Made by a program: the position numbers and the translations under genes. Source: the human T2T-CHM13v2.0 reference genome, Homo sapiens. Taken from it: a DNA stretch of 64,000 nucleotides. Positions 37,530 to 61,085 of the stretch are shown here, in pieces. Position 1 is the first letter of the stretch; every line of letters begins with the position of its first letter. Below the pieces are notes generated by a model. It did not search any database. It was not told where the DNA came from and saw only the letters and a list, made by a program, of their open reading frames with translations. Location of the stretch: the NCBI RefSeq assembly GCF_009914755.1, contig NC_060927.1. One strand, written 5' to 3'.

Positions 37530-38793
37530 TAATCTCCTATTTTCTCTGAGTTCTTTTCTCTTTCACTTTCCTCTTTTGTTCTGCCCACAGTAACAAATTG
37601 TTAAGAGCTCAATTTTCTGCTCCTCTGCTATTCCATTCTCTCATAGCATGTGAACTTCCATGTGCGAAAACTCTCTAGTCCTCACTTCTCACTGGAGCAT
37701 CAGCCCAGGGTAGCCAGCAGTTTACGTTAGGTCTGCTAGTCATCTCAAACACATCATCTGCCCGCTATATCAAGTTTCCTTTTAAACCCCTCTAGTTCAC
37801 AAAGGCTATTAATTTACATTCTCAATTTTTAAAATCCTGAGTCCATCTTTTTCCTTTCCTTTGGCATTGCCATGCTATTCTCCAAGCCACCACCTCCCAG
37901 ATTACCAAAATAAGACTTATAGTTGGATGGAGTACTTTTACTCAATCCCCTTCATGTACTAACACTAAAGTAGCCTTCCCAAAATTACTTTCTCCCTGTT
38001 TCTTCCTGGCTCAAGTACCTAACATGGGTTTATATCATTTCCTACATTAAGAAACTGAGAAGTTCTGCATAAAAAAGCCTGGTGGTGACAGGCAATCAAA
38101 TACAGATGAAATCACCTCATATGAATGCTATAGATTGTTATAGCTATTAATCTCAGTTCCTAATTCAGCATTTTGGGGACAAAATGCTTTCCTGGTCAAA
38201 AACTCTTATTATACCTGTGAAGGACGTCAACAAAGTTTGACAAAGTTGATTACTGGAAAGACACCTAATCCCGGTCCTGTCATTTTACTAGAGGTGCTCT
38301 TGAGCAAATCATTTTAATTCCATGAGCCGTTTCATCTTTTTATTCAAATTTTTTATTGACAAATAATAATTGTATATATTTATGGGATACAATGTAATGG
38401 ATGCTTCAATACACACACACAAACACACACACACAAAATTGTGGTAAATGAAAACCTTGGATTAGATGATCTCTCTGTTTCCATTCATCTCCAAGGCCCT
38501 CTATGTCTGTGTTATATCTTTTCCTACCCACTGTTCCATCCTTGAACATTGCCCAGGCTGAACACTTTGGCCCACTGCTTGTCGTCCACTTGAGTTACTC
38601 TCCCACCAATACAAAGACAAAAGTAAAAACCAAGTAACTATTTAAAGAAAAATGGGTATCCAAAAATTCATGAAAATTTGAGGCAATCTACATGGGTCCA
38701 CTGGAAAAATAAATATCTTACTTGGAAAGCGTTAAAGCCAATCGTGCTCAGCATAAAGCCCATCAAAACATTTTGAAAATACAAGACATTATT

Positions 38794-39832
38794 TGTTGCA
38801 AGAAGTCAGGGACCCTGAATGGAGGGACCATGAAGCCTGGCAGAAGGACATAAATTGTGAAGATTTCATGGACATTTATTAGTTCCCCCAAATTAATACT
38901 TTTATCATTTCTTACACCTGTCTTTACTGCAGTCTCTGAACATAAACTGTGAAGATTTCATGGACATTTATCACCTCCCCAATCAATACTCTTATAATTT
39001 CCTATGCCTATCTTTACTTTAATCTCTTAATCCCGTCATCTTCATTAAGCTGAGGATGTATGTCGCCTCAGGACCCTGTGATGATTGCATCATAAAGCAT
39101 GTGTGTTTAAACAATATGAAATCTGGGCACCTTGAAAAAAGAAGAGGATAACAGCGATGTTCAGGGAACAAGGGAGATAACCATCAGGTCTGACTGCCTG
39201 AGAGCTAGGCGGAACAGAGCTATTATTTCTCTTCTTACAAAAGTGAATAGGAGAAATATTACTGAATTCTTTTTCTCAGCAAGGAACAGTCATGAGAAAG
39301 AGAATGCATTCCTAGGGGGAGGTCTCTAAAATGGCCACTCTGGGACTGTCTGTCTTATATGGTTGTGGATAAGGGATGAAATAAACCCCGGTCTCCCTTA
39401 GCGCTCCCAGGCCTATTAGGACGAGGAAATTCCCGCCTAGTAAATTTTAGTCAGACTGGTTGTCTGTTCTCAAACCCTGTCTCCTGATAAGATGTTATCG
39501 ATGACAATGCATGCCTGAAACCTCATTAGCAATTTTAATTTCGCCCCGTGCTCTGCCATTTGCCTTGTGATATTTTACTGCCTTGTGAAGTATGTGATCT
39601 CTGTGACCCACAACCTATTCGTACACTCCCTCCCCTTTGAAAATCACTAATAAAAACCTGCTGGTTTTGCAGCTTGGGGGGCATCACGGAACGTGCCGAT
39701 ATGTGATGTCTCCCCCAGACAGCCAGCTTTAAAATTTCTCTTGTACTCTTTCCCTTTATTTCTCAGACCGGCCGACACTTAGGGAAAACAGAAAAGAACC
39801 TACATGAAACACTGGAGGTGGTTCCCCTGATA
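38794..39832 (+). mobile_element. MER11 solo LTR (HERV-K11/HML-8)
   Basis: Starts tgttgcaagaagtcagggaccc; repeated cataaattgtgaagatttcatggaca; 6-bp TSD attatt/actatt. Confidence 0.9.
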
Positions 39833-39998
39833 ACTATTTCTTGGGTCTTGGTGAAACATCAAATATTAACGGCAACAGAAAAAATGAAGGCTTAAGTGTA
39901 AATTTCAAAAGACTTAACATCTATAAGCTAGGATAAAGTAAAAAGCTGACTATGAAATAAGACAACAACATTGAAAGTGGTCTTCAAAGCAATAATGA

Positions 39999-40308
<310 letters not shown>

Positions 40309-40398
40309 AAAAACAAATGTGTTTTAAAGGGTGACTGAGAAAAAAACCTTACTTTTCAATAAAAATACTGAAAGAGAAGTTAGGTCCTATGAGGTTAC

Positions 40399-40524
40399 CT
40401 GGATCTGTGCCCTATTTCCAGCTGTAATATTAGATATCGTCCAACATGCTTCCTTTTTGATAGATTCCTTTGGGCTACTCAGCAAATGCAATAAACTCTG
40501 CAGAGCTGAGCAATTCAGAATTAC
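40399..40524 (-). CDS. KPNA1: KPNA1 exon 11
   Basis: [42 protein letters not shown]. Confidence 0.96.
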
Positions 40525-41259
40525 CTAAAAGAAAAAGTTTGAAAATTTTACTTATTGTATTGTTCTAAATATCAATGTTTAACTTAAGGAACACATTTTA
40601 TGAAAGACATAACATCTCCCCTTGAAATTTTATAAATAAGTAACTTTATACAGGTAAAAAAAAGTATTCACTGTTAATAAGAATTAGTTTCTAAGAGTAT
40701 CAGTACAGTTTCATTGTACACATTCACAACTGCTAAACTGTACTTAATAAGATACAATAATGTTACTATTGTAATTACAAAAGCATTACTCATTCACCTT
40801 CCCATCCCAATAGCGTAAGTCTTCTGAATGGGTAAATATATCAAGTGGCCAGAAAAGTCAGGAGTCTCAGATTTGTAGGTCCTCTGATAACACACTACTT
40901 GGTAGTCAATGAACGAATACGTACTTAATGAGGTATATTAGATGCTTTATAGGATACAAAGATAAAAAAGATATGACCTCAGCTATCAGTTTATAAAGGT
41001 GAAGGAGGTAACACAAATACACATGAAGAAGGAGACCTACTCTACTAGAAACTAAAATAAGTTTGATTAAAATAGTATATGGCAGATTTAAGAATTAATC
41101 ACTAAACAGAGAACAGAGATCTATTCTAGAAACAAATGCAGCTATTTATAAAGTTTATAATAAGTTAATCCTTTCTTCCAATGACTTGTGGCTATGACAG
41201 AACTGGAATAAAAAGCTAAACAGATTAAAGACAATTTTTTCAATATCATTTCTTAACCC

Positions 41260-41950
<691 letters not shown>

Positions 41951-42414
41951 ACCCTAAGTCACCAAAATAAATTTGCAACTACTTAAGAGTAAATATTTTT
42001 AAAAGAAATCATAAAGCAGAATATTAGAAAATAGCTGACTTGGGGATGGTAAAAGACTGTATGTATGAGCATAAAAATAAAGAAATTATAGGGGAAAATA
42101 AAAATTTCATGAAACATGTTTTCATGTCAAAAATCGTAACAGATTTTAAATGTACACCATCCACTGTGAAAAATATTTGCAACAAATGAGAGGGTTGCTA
42201 TGTGTAAACTGAAAAGAGAAACTAAAATTTTAATAGAAAATTATCTCCTAAGTAATGAAAGAAATGCAAATTAAAATGAAGTCTTTTATGCCTATTAAAT
42301 AGGCAATAGGATTTCATTAGCAAAAAGAGGGACTGACACTGCACATAAGCTAGAAATGAAAAAATGCAGAGACAAGCTATTACAAAGTACTGTAAGAACA
42401 GACTACTGAGGCTA

Positions 42415-42715
<301 letters not shown>

Positions 42716-44827
42716 TGATGAGGCTATTACAAAAGAGTTCTATGCCCCAAAAATAATAGGCTAGAAAGAAGAATGAGACTAAAATCTTAAGGAGAAATTC
42801 CTTTGAATCTTTCAAGTTTCTTTATCTTACAGGCACTAAAGCAGCTTATTATTTCTAGAGGAAGATAATGCAAATAACATTACTTTAGGAAAGATTCAGC
42901 TGTTATTAGGGGGAATAAATTGAGAAGAGTAACTGCTTAGGACAGTCGGAGGATGGATGGGTACAGCAACAACCTGTGTGTGTGACAAGGACCAAAAGTA
43001 CGTAATTTGATGGGGATCTAGTAACAATAACAATCAAGAAGACCCAGCAACTTGCTATACAAACTATAAGGGAGGGAGACACCACATGTAACTGCAAAGT
43101 TTCATGTGTAGGTAAAGAGAATAGTTATATCATTACCTGAAATAGGAAAAATAAAAACTTGGAACTTGCCTTGTGGGGGAAAGAAGATATACTGTGAGAC
43201 AAACGTGAGATATGCAAGCAGAAATATGTAAGAAACTACTGCAGATATAGGACTGAAACTTGAGATAGGTCAGAACTAGATGTAGAGATTCAGAACTTCA
43301 TTGCATTCAATAAATATTCTTTAAGTCCCTATATATTGTGCCAGAAATTATTAGATTTACAGAGGCACAGAAATAAACACTGACATAATCCACCTCTAGA
43401 ATCTTAAAATCTAGTAATTAGTTACAATACAATGTGATTAATATTCTGATGGATAAAGAAAAAAAAATAAGTACCTAACTTAAGAGTTTAGGGTCAAACA
43501 GGGCTTCTCAGAGAAAATAATGTTAATACCAAGACTTGAAGAACAAGAAAACATTAGGAGCAGAGAATGTGGATATGTGTGAGGTGGCAGTCAGAGCAAG
43601 GGGTAGCAGTGGAGACACATGTTCCAGGCAGAGGGAATAAAGCATGCGTTAAAACTCTGAGCTGAGAGTGGCCACAGCCAATTCAAGGAACAAATATGGC
43701 AAAAGCATACAGCATATGGAGGTGGGTGAGGGACAGAAAGATACTGATAGGGTTCAAAAATTCAGAGGGTATAAAAGACTCCATAGTTGTTAAAAGCCTC
43801 TTTCCCCTTCTTGTATCCCAGCCAACCAGTTCCCCTCAAAGACAACCAACATTTTCAGTTCCCTGTATATCCTTCCAGAGAAATTTTATGCAAATATAGT
43901 CAAACATATATTCTTTTCTTCTCCTATTCTCTTCTGAAGTGTCTGAACTAAGCCCTGCAAAGGATGAATAGAGACAGAACAACAGGACTTAGTAACTGAT
44001 GATGGAGTTGGAGGAGAGGAAAGAATCAAGCTGATGTCCAGGTTTCAGGGGAACTGATGGTGCCATTCACTGATACAGGGAACATAAGCAGAGGTTCAGG
44101 TAATGCAAGGGGAAATGAGTTCCCTTGTGTACAGAATATATTTAAAGTAAATACATTACAGTTAGAAGACACCTGAGAGAACAAATCTAATCTCCTTAAT
44201 TTTAGAGATTAGAAAAGACATTAAATGTATTGCTGAAAGTCAGAACTGGTGAAGAAAACGCTAAGGCTAAAACCCAATTCCCAATTCTGAATCCATGCAC
44301 ACAAGGGTAATCACTGACATTATAAATAAGATCTATGAATGAGGCAGAAGGATTGCCCCGTGGAAGATGTCCACAAAAGGAGACAAGAGGAAAAGGAGCT
44401 TGCTAGGGAGAAATAAATGGTCGATGAGGCAGAAGAACTAAAAGACTTCAACATCACAACACAGCTGAGATTTCAGGAAGAAATATGGCTAGAACAATGC
44501 ACTGTGAATGGTGTGTCTTGATACAGAAGTTGAATAGAGTAGATGGTGACATTAGAAAGTAGGAGGGAAGAATCTTCCTCACACAGGGGACTTACCATGT
44601 ACAAAGGAGAAAGCTATCAGAGAAGGTGATATTGAGATGAAAAAGACAGAGAAAAGATGCTACTAGAGGATTCTGATGCCCATGAGAACTATTTCAAATA
44701 GGAGTGAAGAAAAACAAATCTGCCTGACCAAAAAATAGTCACTATCATACGACAACCCCAAACTACTACAAGCAACAGGTCAAGTCAGAGATACTAAAGG
44801 TATTGAGAGTAGATGCCTAAACCAACT

Positions 44828-45125
44828 TTTTTTTTTTTCTTTGAGCTGGAGTCTCACTCTGTTGCCCAGGCTGGAGTGCAGTGGTGCGATCTCGGCTCAC
44901 TGCAACCTCTACCTCCTGGGTTCAAGCGATTCTTCTACCTCAGCCTCCAAGTAGCTGGAACTACAGGCGTGTGCAACCACGCCCGGCTAATTTTTTGTAT
45001 TTTTAGTAGAGATGAGGTTTCACCATGTTGCCCAGGCTGGTGTCGAACTCCTGAGCTCAGGCAATCCGTCCGCCTCAGTCTCCCAAAGTGCTGGGATTAC
45101 AGGCGTGAGTGACCGCCCCCGGCCC
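44828..45125 (-). mobile_element. AluS
   Basis: Full reverse Alu. Confidence 0.92.
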
Positions 45126-45261
45126 AACATTTTTAAACATTAGTGTAACAGAGTATCAAGTTTCCCTAATAATATGGAGTAAAATACGATAATAGAAACA
45201 TGATCATGAAGTTCAATATACTGTTTTTAAAGGACAAAAAAAAGTTACCACTTCTTCATAC

Positions 45262-45340
45262 CTGTGTCTGAATATCATCCCCTGTGACAATGTTTCCCAC
45301 AGCTCGCAAAGCAGGAGAAACCACTTTATAATCATTATGC
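45262..45340 (-). CDS. KPNA1: KPNA1 exon 10
   Basis: [26 protein letters not shown]. Confidence 0.96.
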
Positions 45341-46049
45341 CTGCAAAAACAAAAAGTAATGTTATAGCAAACAGTTCTATCCTTAGTTTCATTTCCTTCC
45401 AAGACCAAAATTAAAAAACAAAAAAATTGTGATAGAATTTTAGAGCAGAAATGTACCCATGGGGCTAATTAAGGGAATGCTTATCATGATGATGGAATGT
45501 CTGGTGTTCCCTAGAACTGTCTTTCCCCTTATTTTAGTACATTTGGAAAAAACTACCAATCTTTCCTAGGAATCTTTCCCAGGTATTCCATCACCTGGAT
45601 TCCAACTTTTCCCTCTCATTCTTTAGTATAGGTTTCATTTCCTCTTTACTGGCTTTTGTATGGTTGCTGAGATAATTGAGAGCAATAATTAACATTTACG
45701 CAACATTTTTAAGTTTTATAAATTGTCTTAATTTTCAGACGTAAAAGTGACACATCAACAGCTGAACTAACTTGAAAATGCAAGTCAGGAGTCACACTCT
45801 AAATACAAAGGTCTTTCAACTAAACTTACTAAATAAGCTGCCTTACTGGTCCAAAAACCACTCCACAAAGCCATATATATATATTTGAAGACAGATATTA
45901 AGTCCTTATTTCTAGCTAAATTAAGTCACTATCTTTTGATTTTCCTTAAGGGTCCTATTTTTCCCTCCACTTTAATGAGACCGATCACTCTTCTAAAAAC
46001 TAAGCCAGTTCCTTCAAATTTAACATGTGATGATTAAAAAGAAATGGCT

Positions 46050-51984
<5,935 letters not shown>

Positions 51985-52797
51985 AAAAAGAAATGGCTAA
52001 AATATATAGTAGTCTAGTGACTAAAGAATACAAAGGATTACTTCCCAGATTTTGAATGATGTACTTCAGACTCCTGCAGCATCATACTGCCATTAATTCA
52101 CATTAGCACTACATTACTGATCTGCATCCAGTCTGTAGCCTGCTATAATCCCAGAGTTTTCTATTTTGTATTAATACATTATAACTATCTAATATATTCC
52201 AAATGTCATGTTTGCGACAATGTCTCTTTGCATCTACTTTGTACTTTAAATCTCCCATACCTTGTAACTGTACCATTTCTCCATTATGTTATCACTTTCA
52301 TTTTTTTCTTCTGTAGTATCTAAAAATTTGATTAATACAGTCTCAAATTATTTATGTCACGAGTAAATCTTCCACTCCATTATCAAAAGCATCACGGAGA
52401 TGATAAAGCAAAATAAGATTGAATTTCTGATACTTGTCTAAAATAAGCTCTAAATGAGACAGACAGATAAGGAATGACTATTTTAGTGGCAGTATGCCTT
52501 CTGATGTCCGGTGGTTGATCTCAGGCCATCCAGTATGAGCCTGGAACTACACATATCAGAGTTTTCCCAATGTTTCTGCTAAAGGCCTGCTAACAGCAGA
52601 GGACTAAGAGGTTCTCTATAAGCCTCAATAAAACAAGACAAACAGATCTGACATCAAAATAAACAAGTAACAAAAACAGTAGCCCAAAGCACAATAAATC
52701 AATTATCATGTACAATCAATTAATATTTAAGTATTAGCAGCTAGAAAACTAGTACCAAGGGAGAGAAAGTGGACACACTTTCTAAAAGATATCTTAC

Positions 52798-52961
52798 ATC
52801 AGCAGTTCCACAAGTCTCCTACATACTCCCGCATCGATGACCGCTTGAATTTTATCATTGGGTCCATCTGATAGATATGAGAGGGCCCAGCAGGCATCAG
52901 CCAGTACATCAGTGTCACTGACAAACAGCAACCAGGAAAGCACATTCAGACATGGAGAAAC
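52798..52961 (-). CDS. KPNA1: KPNA1 exon 9
   Basis: [54 protein letters not shown]. Confidence 0.96.
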
Positions 52962-53363
52962 CTGTAAAAGGAAAATGATGATTATGAAATTCAATAGACT
53001 AAAAGCCAGAAGTGAGGTGAGATACTCAAGAAGGCAACCAGGCATGTACTTGGTGACTTCTAGGGTGATTTACACTTCTAAAGATGAAGCAGCAAGTACC
53101 TAAGTGGCATTTCCATCTTTGGCAATGTTGTCAGTGATCTTGCACTAATCTGTAGTCAAAGCCCAAGGAAAATAATTTCAGAGAGCAAAGTTTTATATAC
53201 ATCAATTCTTGGAGTAAGACTCCCTATCAAAACACATTCTTTGTGGACTAAACAGGTAAAGGAACTTTCACAAATGTGAAAACTAGGAAATTCTGTATTT
53301 TAGATACTTTGTTAAAGACCAAAAATGCTAAGGTTTTGTTCAGTGAAAAATGATTCCAAATTA

Positions 53364-54380
<1,017 letters not shown>

Positions 54381-54757
54381 AATCTCATGGACTCCCAGAG
54401 AACTCACAGACCACACTTTGAGAACCACTGTTTTAAGAGAACTGAAAGGATAGTCTCCTAAACAGTATACTAATTGTATGAAGCCTAATTTCAATAAGCT
54501 TTACAAATTCTTCCTTCATGCTATGCTTTATTTGCAGTCCCATCGTAAATGTGCACCTTCAAGCTATGCTCTAAATTTGCTTTTTAAATAATAAAGAGAA
54601 CCAACAAAAACAACAACAACCCTGTTTCTCCAAAAACAGATAAAATTCTAACATTTTAAATTTTAACAAAAATTATCTTCCTGTTCACCTTACCATTGGT
54701 TGCAATACTCTTTTAATTGTATTTTTTCTGCCAATGTCCCAAAAGCATAGTCCTTAC

Positions 54758-54857
54758 CTTTGCAAATTCTGGAGGTGGACTTTTCCCTCTACAGAGATTA
54801 GACAAAGCCCATACTGCATTCCGGGTCATGGTCAGGCGGTTTTGCTTTGAAAATAAC
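54758..54857 (-). CDS. KPNA1: KPNA1 exon 8
   Basis: [33 protein letters not shown]. Confidence 0.96.
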
Positions 54858-55199
54858 CTAAAAGCACGATGGTACAATGGTAAACTATGTAACAGACAGT
54901 GATTATCTGATGACATAAATACTAAATAATAATACTTTTGATAAAGAGATGTCTTCAGATAGCTTTTCTCCAGAACATTAAAACTTCATTAATTCTGATG
55001 CAAGTAATTCAGAATTCAGAATTTTGGCATGGAAAAAGATAGGGTGCTTGAGGAAATGATCTAAACAAGAAAATATCTGGAATTAAAAATAACACTAGAA
55101 AATCCAAAATGATTTCCAAACATGTAATGCTTTCTGAGGAATCTCTTACATTTTTATTCTCAAAAAGAAAAAAAAAGGAAGAAGGAAGAAGAAACTTAC

Positions 55200-55288
55200 T
55201 GCAAAAGAGGGGGAAGGATATTGCAGTCTAAGACATAGTCCCTGCACATGGTACTATCTCCAGCAATGTTGCCAAGAGCCCAGACTGC
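55200..55288 (-). CDS. KPNA1: KPNA1 exon 7
   Basis: [29 protein letters not shown]. Confidence 0.96.
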
Positions 55289-55486
55289 CTGTGAAAGAAT
55301 CATTCATTAATAAAGGTTACATAGTTTAATTCCCTCATAATTCTTTCAGATGCCAGTATATCACAATAACACGTTCATCAGGGAGTCAAATGAAACAGTT
55401 GTAGGATTGGGGGAGGAAGATAAATAATATCCTAAAGTGTACAACAAACAGAAGGTATTCGGTTTATTAAAGGAAAGAACTAATTC

Positions 55487-56176
<690 letters not shown>

Positions 56177-56184
56177 CTAGCCAC

Positions 56185-57233
<1,049 letters not shown>

Positions 57234-58720
57234 CTATAAAGATAAAAATAATTTTCATTATCTTTTTAGAATGTAAAAGTTTGTTTACTTATAACAGTAA
57301 CATTTTCTGTACATGAAAAAAAGATTCTGAGATCATTATTTGCACATAACCTATCAGTTGAGTACTATATTAATTTTAAAAGAAGAATATCCAGAAGAAA
57401 TACCTCAACCTAGAAGAATATTCAGGGTGTCTAAAATTTCAGTTCAAGAAAGAGTAAACATGACACCATAAAAAGAATGAGAGAGTGTTACATATGCTGA
57501 TATGGTATGATCTCCCAAGATATAAATGAAAACAAAATGCAAACAGTGTACATTAATATGGCATTATACCATATTTTCTAAAAGCGTTAAAAAGGAATAT
57601 ATGCATTAATTTACTTATTGCACAGATTATCTTCAGAATGAGTTAGAGGAAACTAAATACTTGTTGCCTGCATAGAAAGGTGATGGTAACTAGGGAATAA
57701 GGATGAAAAAGATACTTTTCACTGGAAAGCTTTATGTGCCTTTTAGCCTGTACCATGTATGTTATCTAATAAAAAAGATTTAAAAACTTCTGTAGAATGG
57801 GCAAAGTAAAATGGGGGGAGAATGTTAGTGTGAAACATAAAATACAGGCACAGTGAAAAAGGCAAAAGGTATCAAATGATAAGTAGGTGAAAGGAGTTAA
57901 CAGCACATAATGAAAAGAAATGACAACTTCAAAGAATAAGAGCTTCCAATAAATGAGAGAGCTCCAAACCAAAATACAGAGATAGGACTTTTTGGGCATT
58001 CTTAATAGGGAGGGAAAAATGAAGGTAAACTGACTAAAGGTTGATATATAGCATTACAGCACTGGTAAACAGAAGATATAAAGGAAATTATGGCCAACAA
58101 AAAATAGAGCATATTACTAAAATATATCTCTAACACTAACTTGACTCTTTAGCTTAATATTGAGAAATCCAATAATGAACTCTTTTCTATTTAGTTAAGA
58201 GTTCTTAATTACATTTCAGGTTGTTTCTTCCACCATTCTGTCTTCTATTTAATAAAGCACATACACAGAAAAAAAGAAAAATTCCATGGCATGTCCTTTA
58301 AATCAGAGAAAATAACAAGTCGTCATCAAATGACCTGTGATTCTTCTAAGCTTCCAGATTAACTAAAAGGTAGCTGTCAGGTAGAAAACTAAATTCATTA
58401 ATCTTTGGGAATAGAGGAAGACAGGAAAATGGGCCATCTGATCAAATCACGTTCAAAGCCATGTTAGTGATAGAAAATTCATAGCAGAAGACACATAACC
58501 AATGGATGTTCCAAAGAAAACTATAAAAGTGACATACATGAGTGAGGTAAGGTGGTTTAGTAGCAGCAGGGAGGCCCAGAGTAGGAGTACTTCGGTTAAA
58601 GAGCCCGTATCTGGTCCCTTTTTGTTATAACAAAAATTCTGGGGACTTACAGATTAAACCCCAGATATCATGAAATAAAAATTCTTCCCATATTTATCTC
58701 TATGATTAAATTACTAATGA

Positions 58721-59088
<368 letters not shown>

Positions 59089-60919
59089 CTTTATATTTTC
59101 AAAGTACTATTCACATACTCGCAGATGATCCCTACAACAACCCAGAGATGTAAAGTATCTGGCTTTTCTTGTGTACAAATGAGGAAACTATCTGAAAAAA
59201 AATCCAACAATTTGACTAATGACTCGAGTAATGTTACACAGTCAAAGACAAGGACTAAGTTACAGCCTCCTAATCTAATACATTACGAAGCCCAGTCATA
59301 GTTTCCTGAAACATAATGCTGACCCAGAAATATTTCATTTGCTTGTAGTTTGGATATCTAGTTCAAGAAATTTTAAATAACAGTATGCCAGATTATTTAT
59401 ACTAAAAAAGAAAAAACAAGTTCACCTAAGATGTAGTTTCTTTTGCTTACTAGGAAAATTAATTTGTAAACCAGAGTCATATGATGTAAGTATAAAAGCA
59501 AACTGTCCCACCACAAGGCAAGCTCAAAGTTCAATAAACAGTCATCAGATACTGCAAACATAAAGTCAAATAAATGAAAACTCTAAGGAAAAGCAATCTG
59601 GAAAAAAAATAAGATCAGAATACATACCATCTGTATACAAGAAAAAGATTACAGTGAGATTTGGATGCAAAAGAAATTATAATAATAACCTGGGTATACA
59701 GGGATATAGTACAGAGTTATTGGTGAGAAAAAATTACTTAGAATTCTAATTGGTGCCAGCGTTCAAACTGCTATTTTGAGTTTAGCACCAAAGATCTCAG
59801 GGGAAATGAGGGAGAATTCCAGAAGCTACACAAGTTAATAAAATAGAGAAGCAAAACAATTCAAGTGACAATGACTAAGAAAATGAAAAGTAAGTGAATA
59901 ACAGCCTGAATACAGATGGTAAAAAAAAGAAATTATTACATCTTAGCAAAAGAATAACATGCCAGTTATGCTTATCACTAAGTAGTACACAATGATGATA
60001 ACCTCTCAATGCAATTCAGGAATGAAAATCAAAAACAGTTTTGCTATTATTGGGGATAGAAGTAGATGGGTAACTGTAACAAGAGGACCACTGAAAATAC
60101 AACCATATTCATGCATTAATAAGGCAATAAAACACACACACACAGGGTGCTGATTACTTTGCTGTTTTCACTTTGTGAAAGCTAATCAAGCTGTATTTGT
60201 GAAATTTTCTACACCCATCTATACATGTGTGATATGTATGTATGTTTATGCAGGTATCCACATATGTATGAGAGGAGGGAGTAAAAAACAGAATTTCCCT
60301 GAGTATAGGCCTCTGTTAATGTTAGAAGAAGTAACTGTTAAACGTATTTAAGTATATGTTTTTAAAAAATTAGATGTACTTTAAACTACATAACTTCCCT
60401 TTCATCATAGTCTGTACTTTAAAGCTGTATTCCACTGAGATTTGCCATCTATTTTTTTGTTTTTTCTAAATGTTTCAGCCTTGGGTACTAGATTAGAATT
60501 TAACATGAAATAGTTGTGAAATGGGAAAGCCTAGAATTGATGGCAAACACATATGCATAAAGTTATGATAGAAACAGCCAAAAAAATTAATTAAAGTAAG
60601 CAACCCTGTTACCAGGAAATCATTAACCTGGAAAAAAAAAAATCTAAGAAATGGTATTGCCTGAAGTAACAAATGGTGGCCAAATAAAATCTTCACTTCT
60701 TTTGTTGTTTTAAACTACTATATTCTTAATATCCAAGAATGGCATCATACAAGGAAACAAGCTATCATGCAGCTGGAACTACTTATAAACTGTAATTCCA
60801 CTCATTATTTTTCACTGTCCTGAACTCACTAAATAAGGCTACACCTGAAATCTGCACACTGAAGGTTTGATGTTTTCTCTCTTCCCTTTCTTAGTCTCTA
60901 CCTTCTGGCGCTCAGTTCC

Positions 60920-61085
60920 TTAAATAAGGAAAATGAGAATCCAAAGCTGAAGTACTTCTGACCTCCTATCAAGTTTCCCACTCCAGGTTGAGGTACGCCT
61001 GGTTCCCTTTCTCCATTTGGATCAGGACTCTGTTGCTGGCCACTTTGCCGGTTCCACTCTGGTTCCTAGCAAATGCCAGGCTCAC
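60920..61085 (-). pseudogene. Decayed cerebellin (CBLN1-like) terminal exon, copy A
   Basis: cag|[35 protein letters not shown] then, after frameshifts, NLIGGQKYFSF-GF-IFLI*; compare recalled CBLN1 [65 protein letters not shown]. Confidence 0.85.
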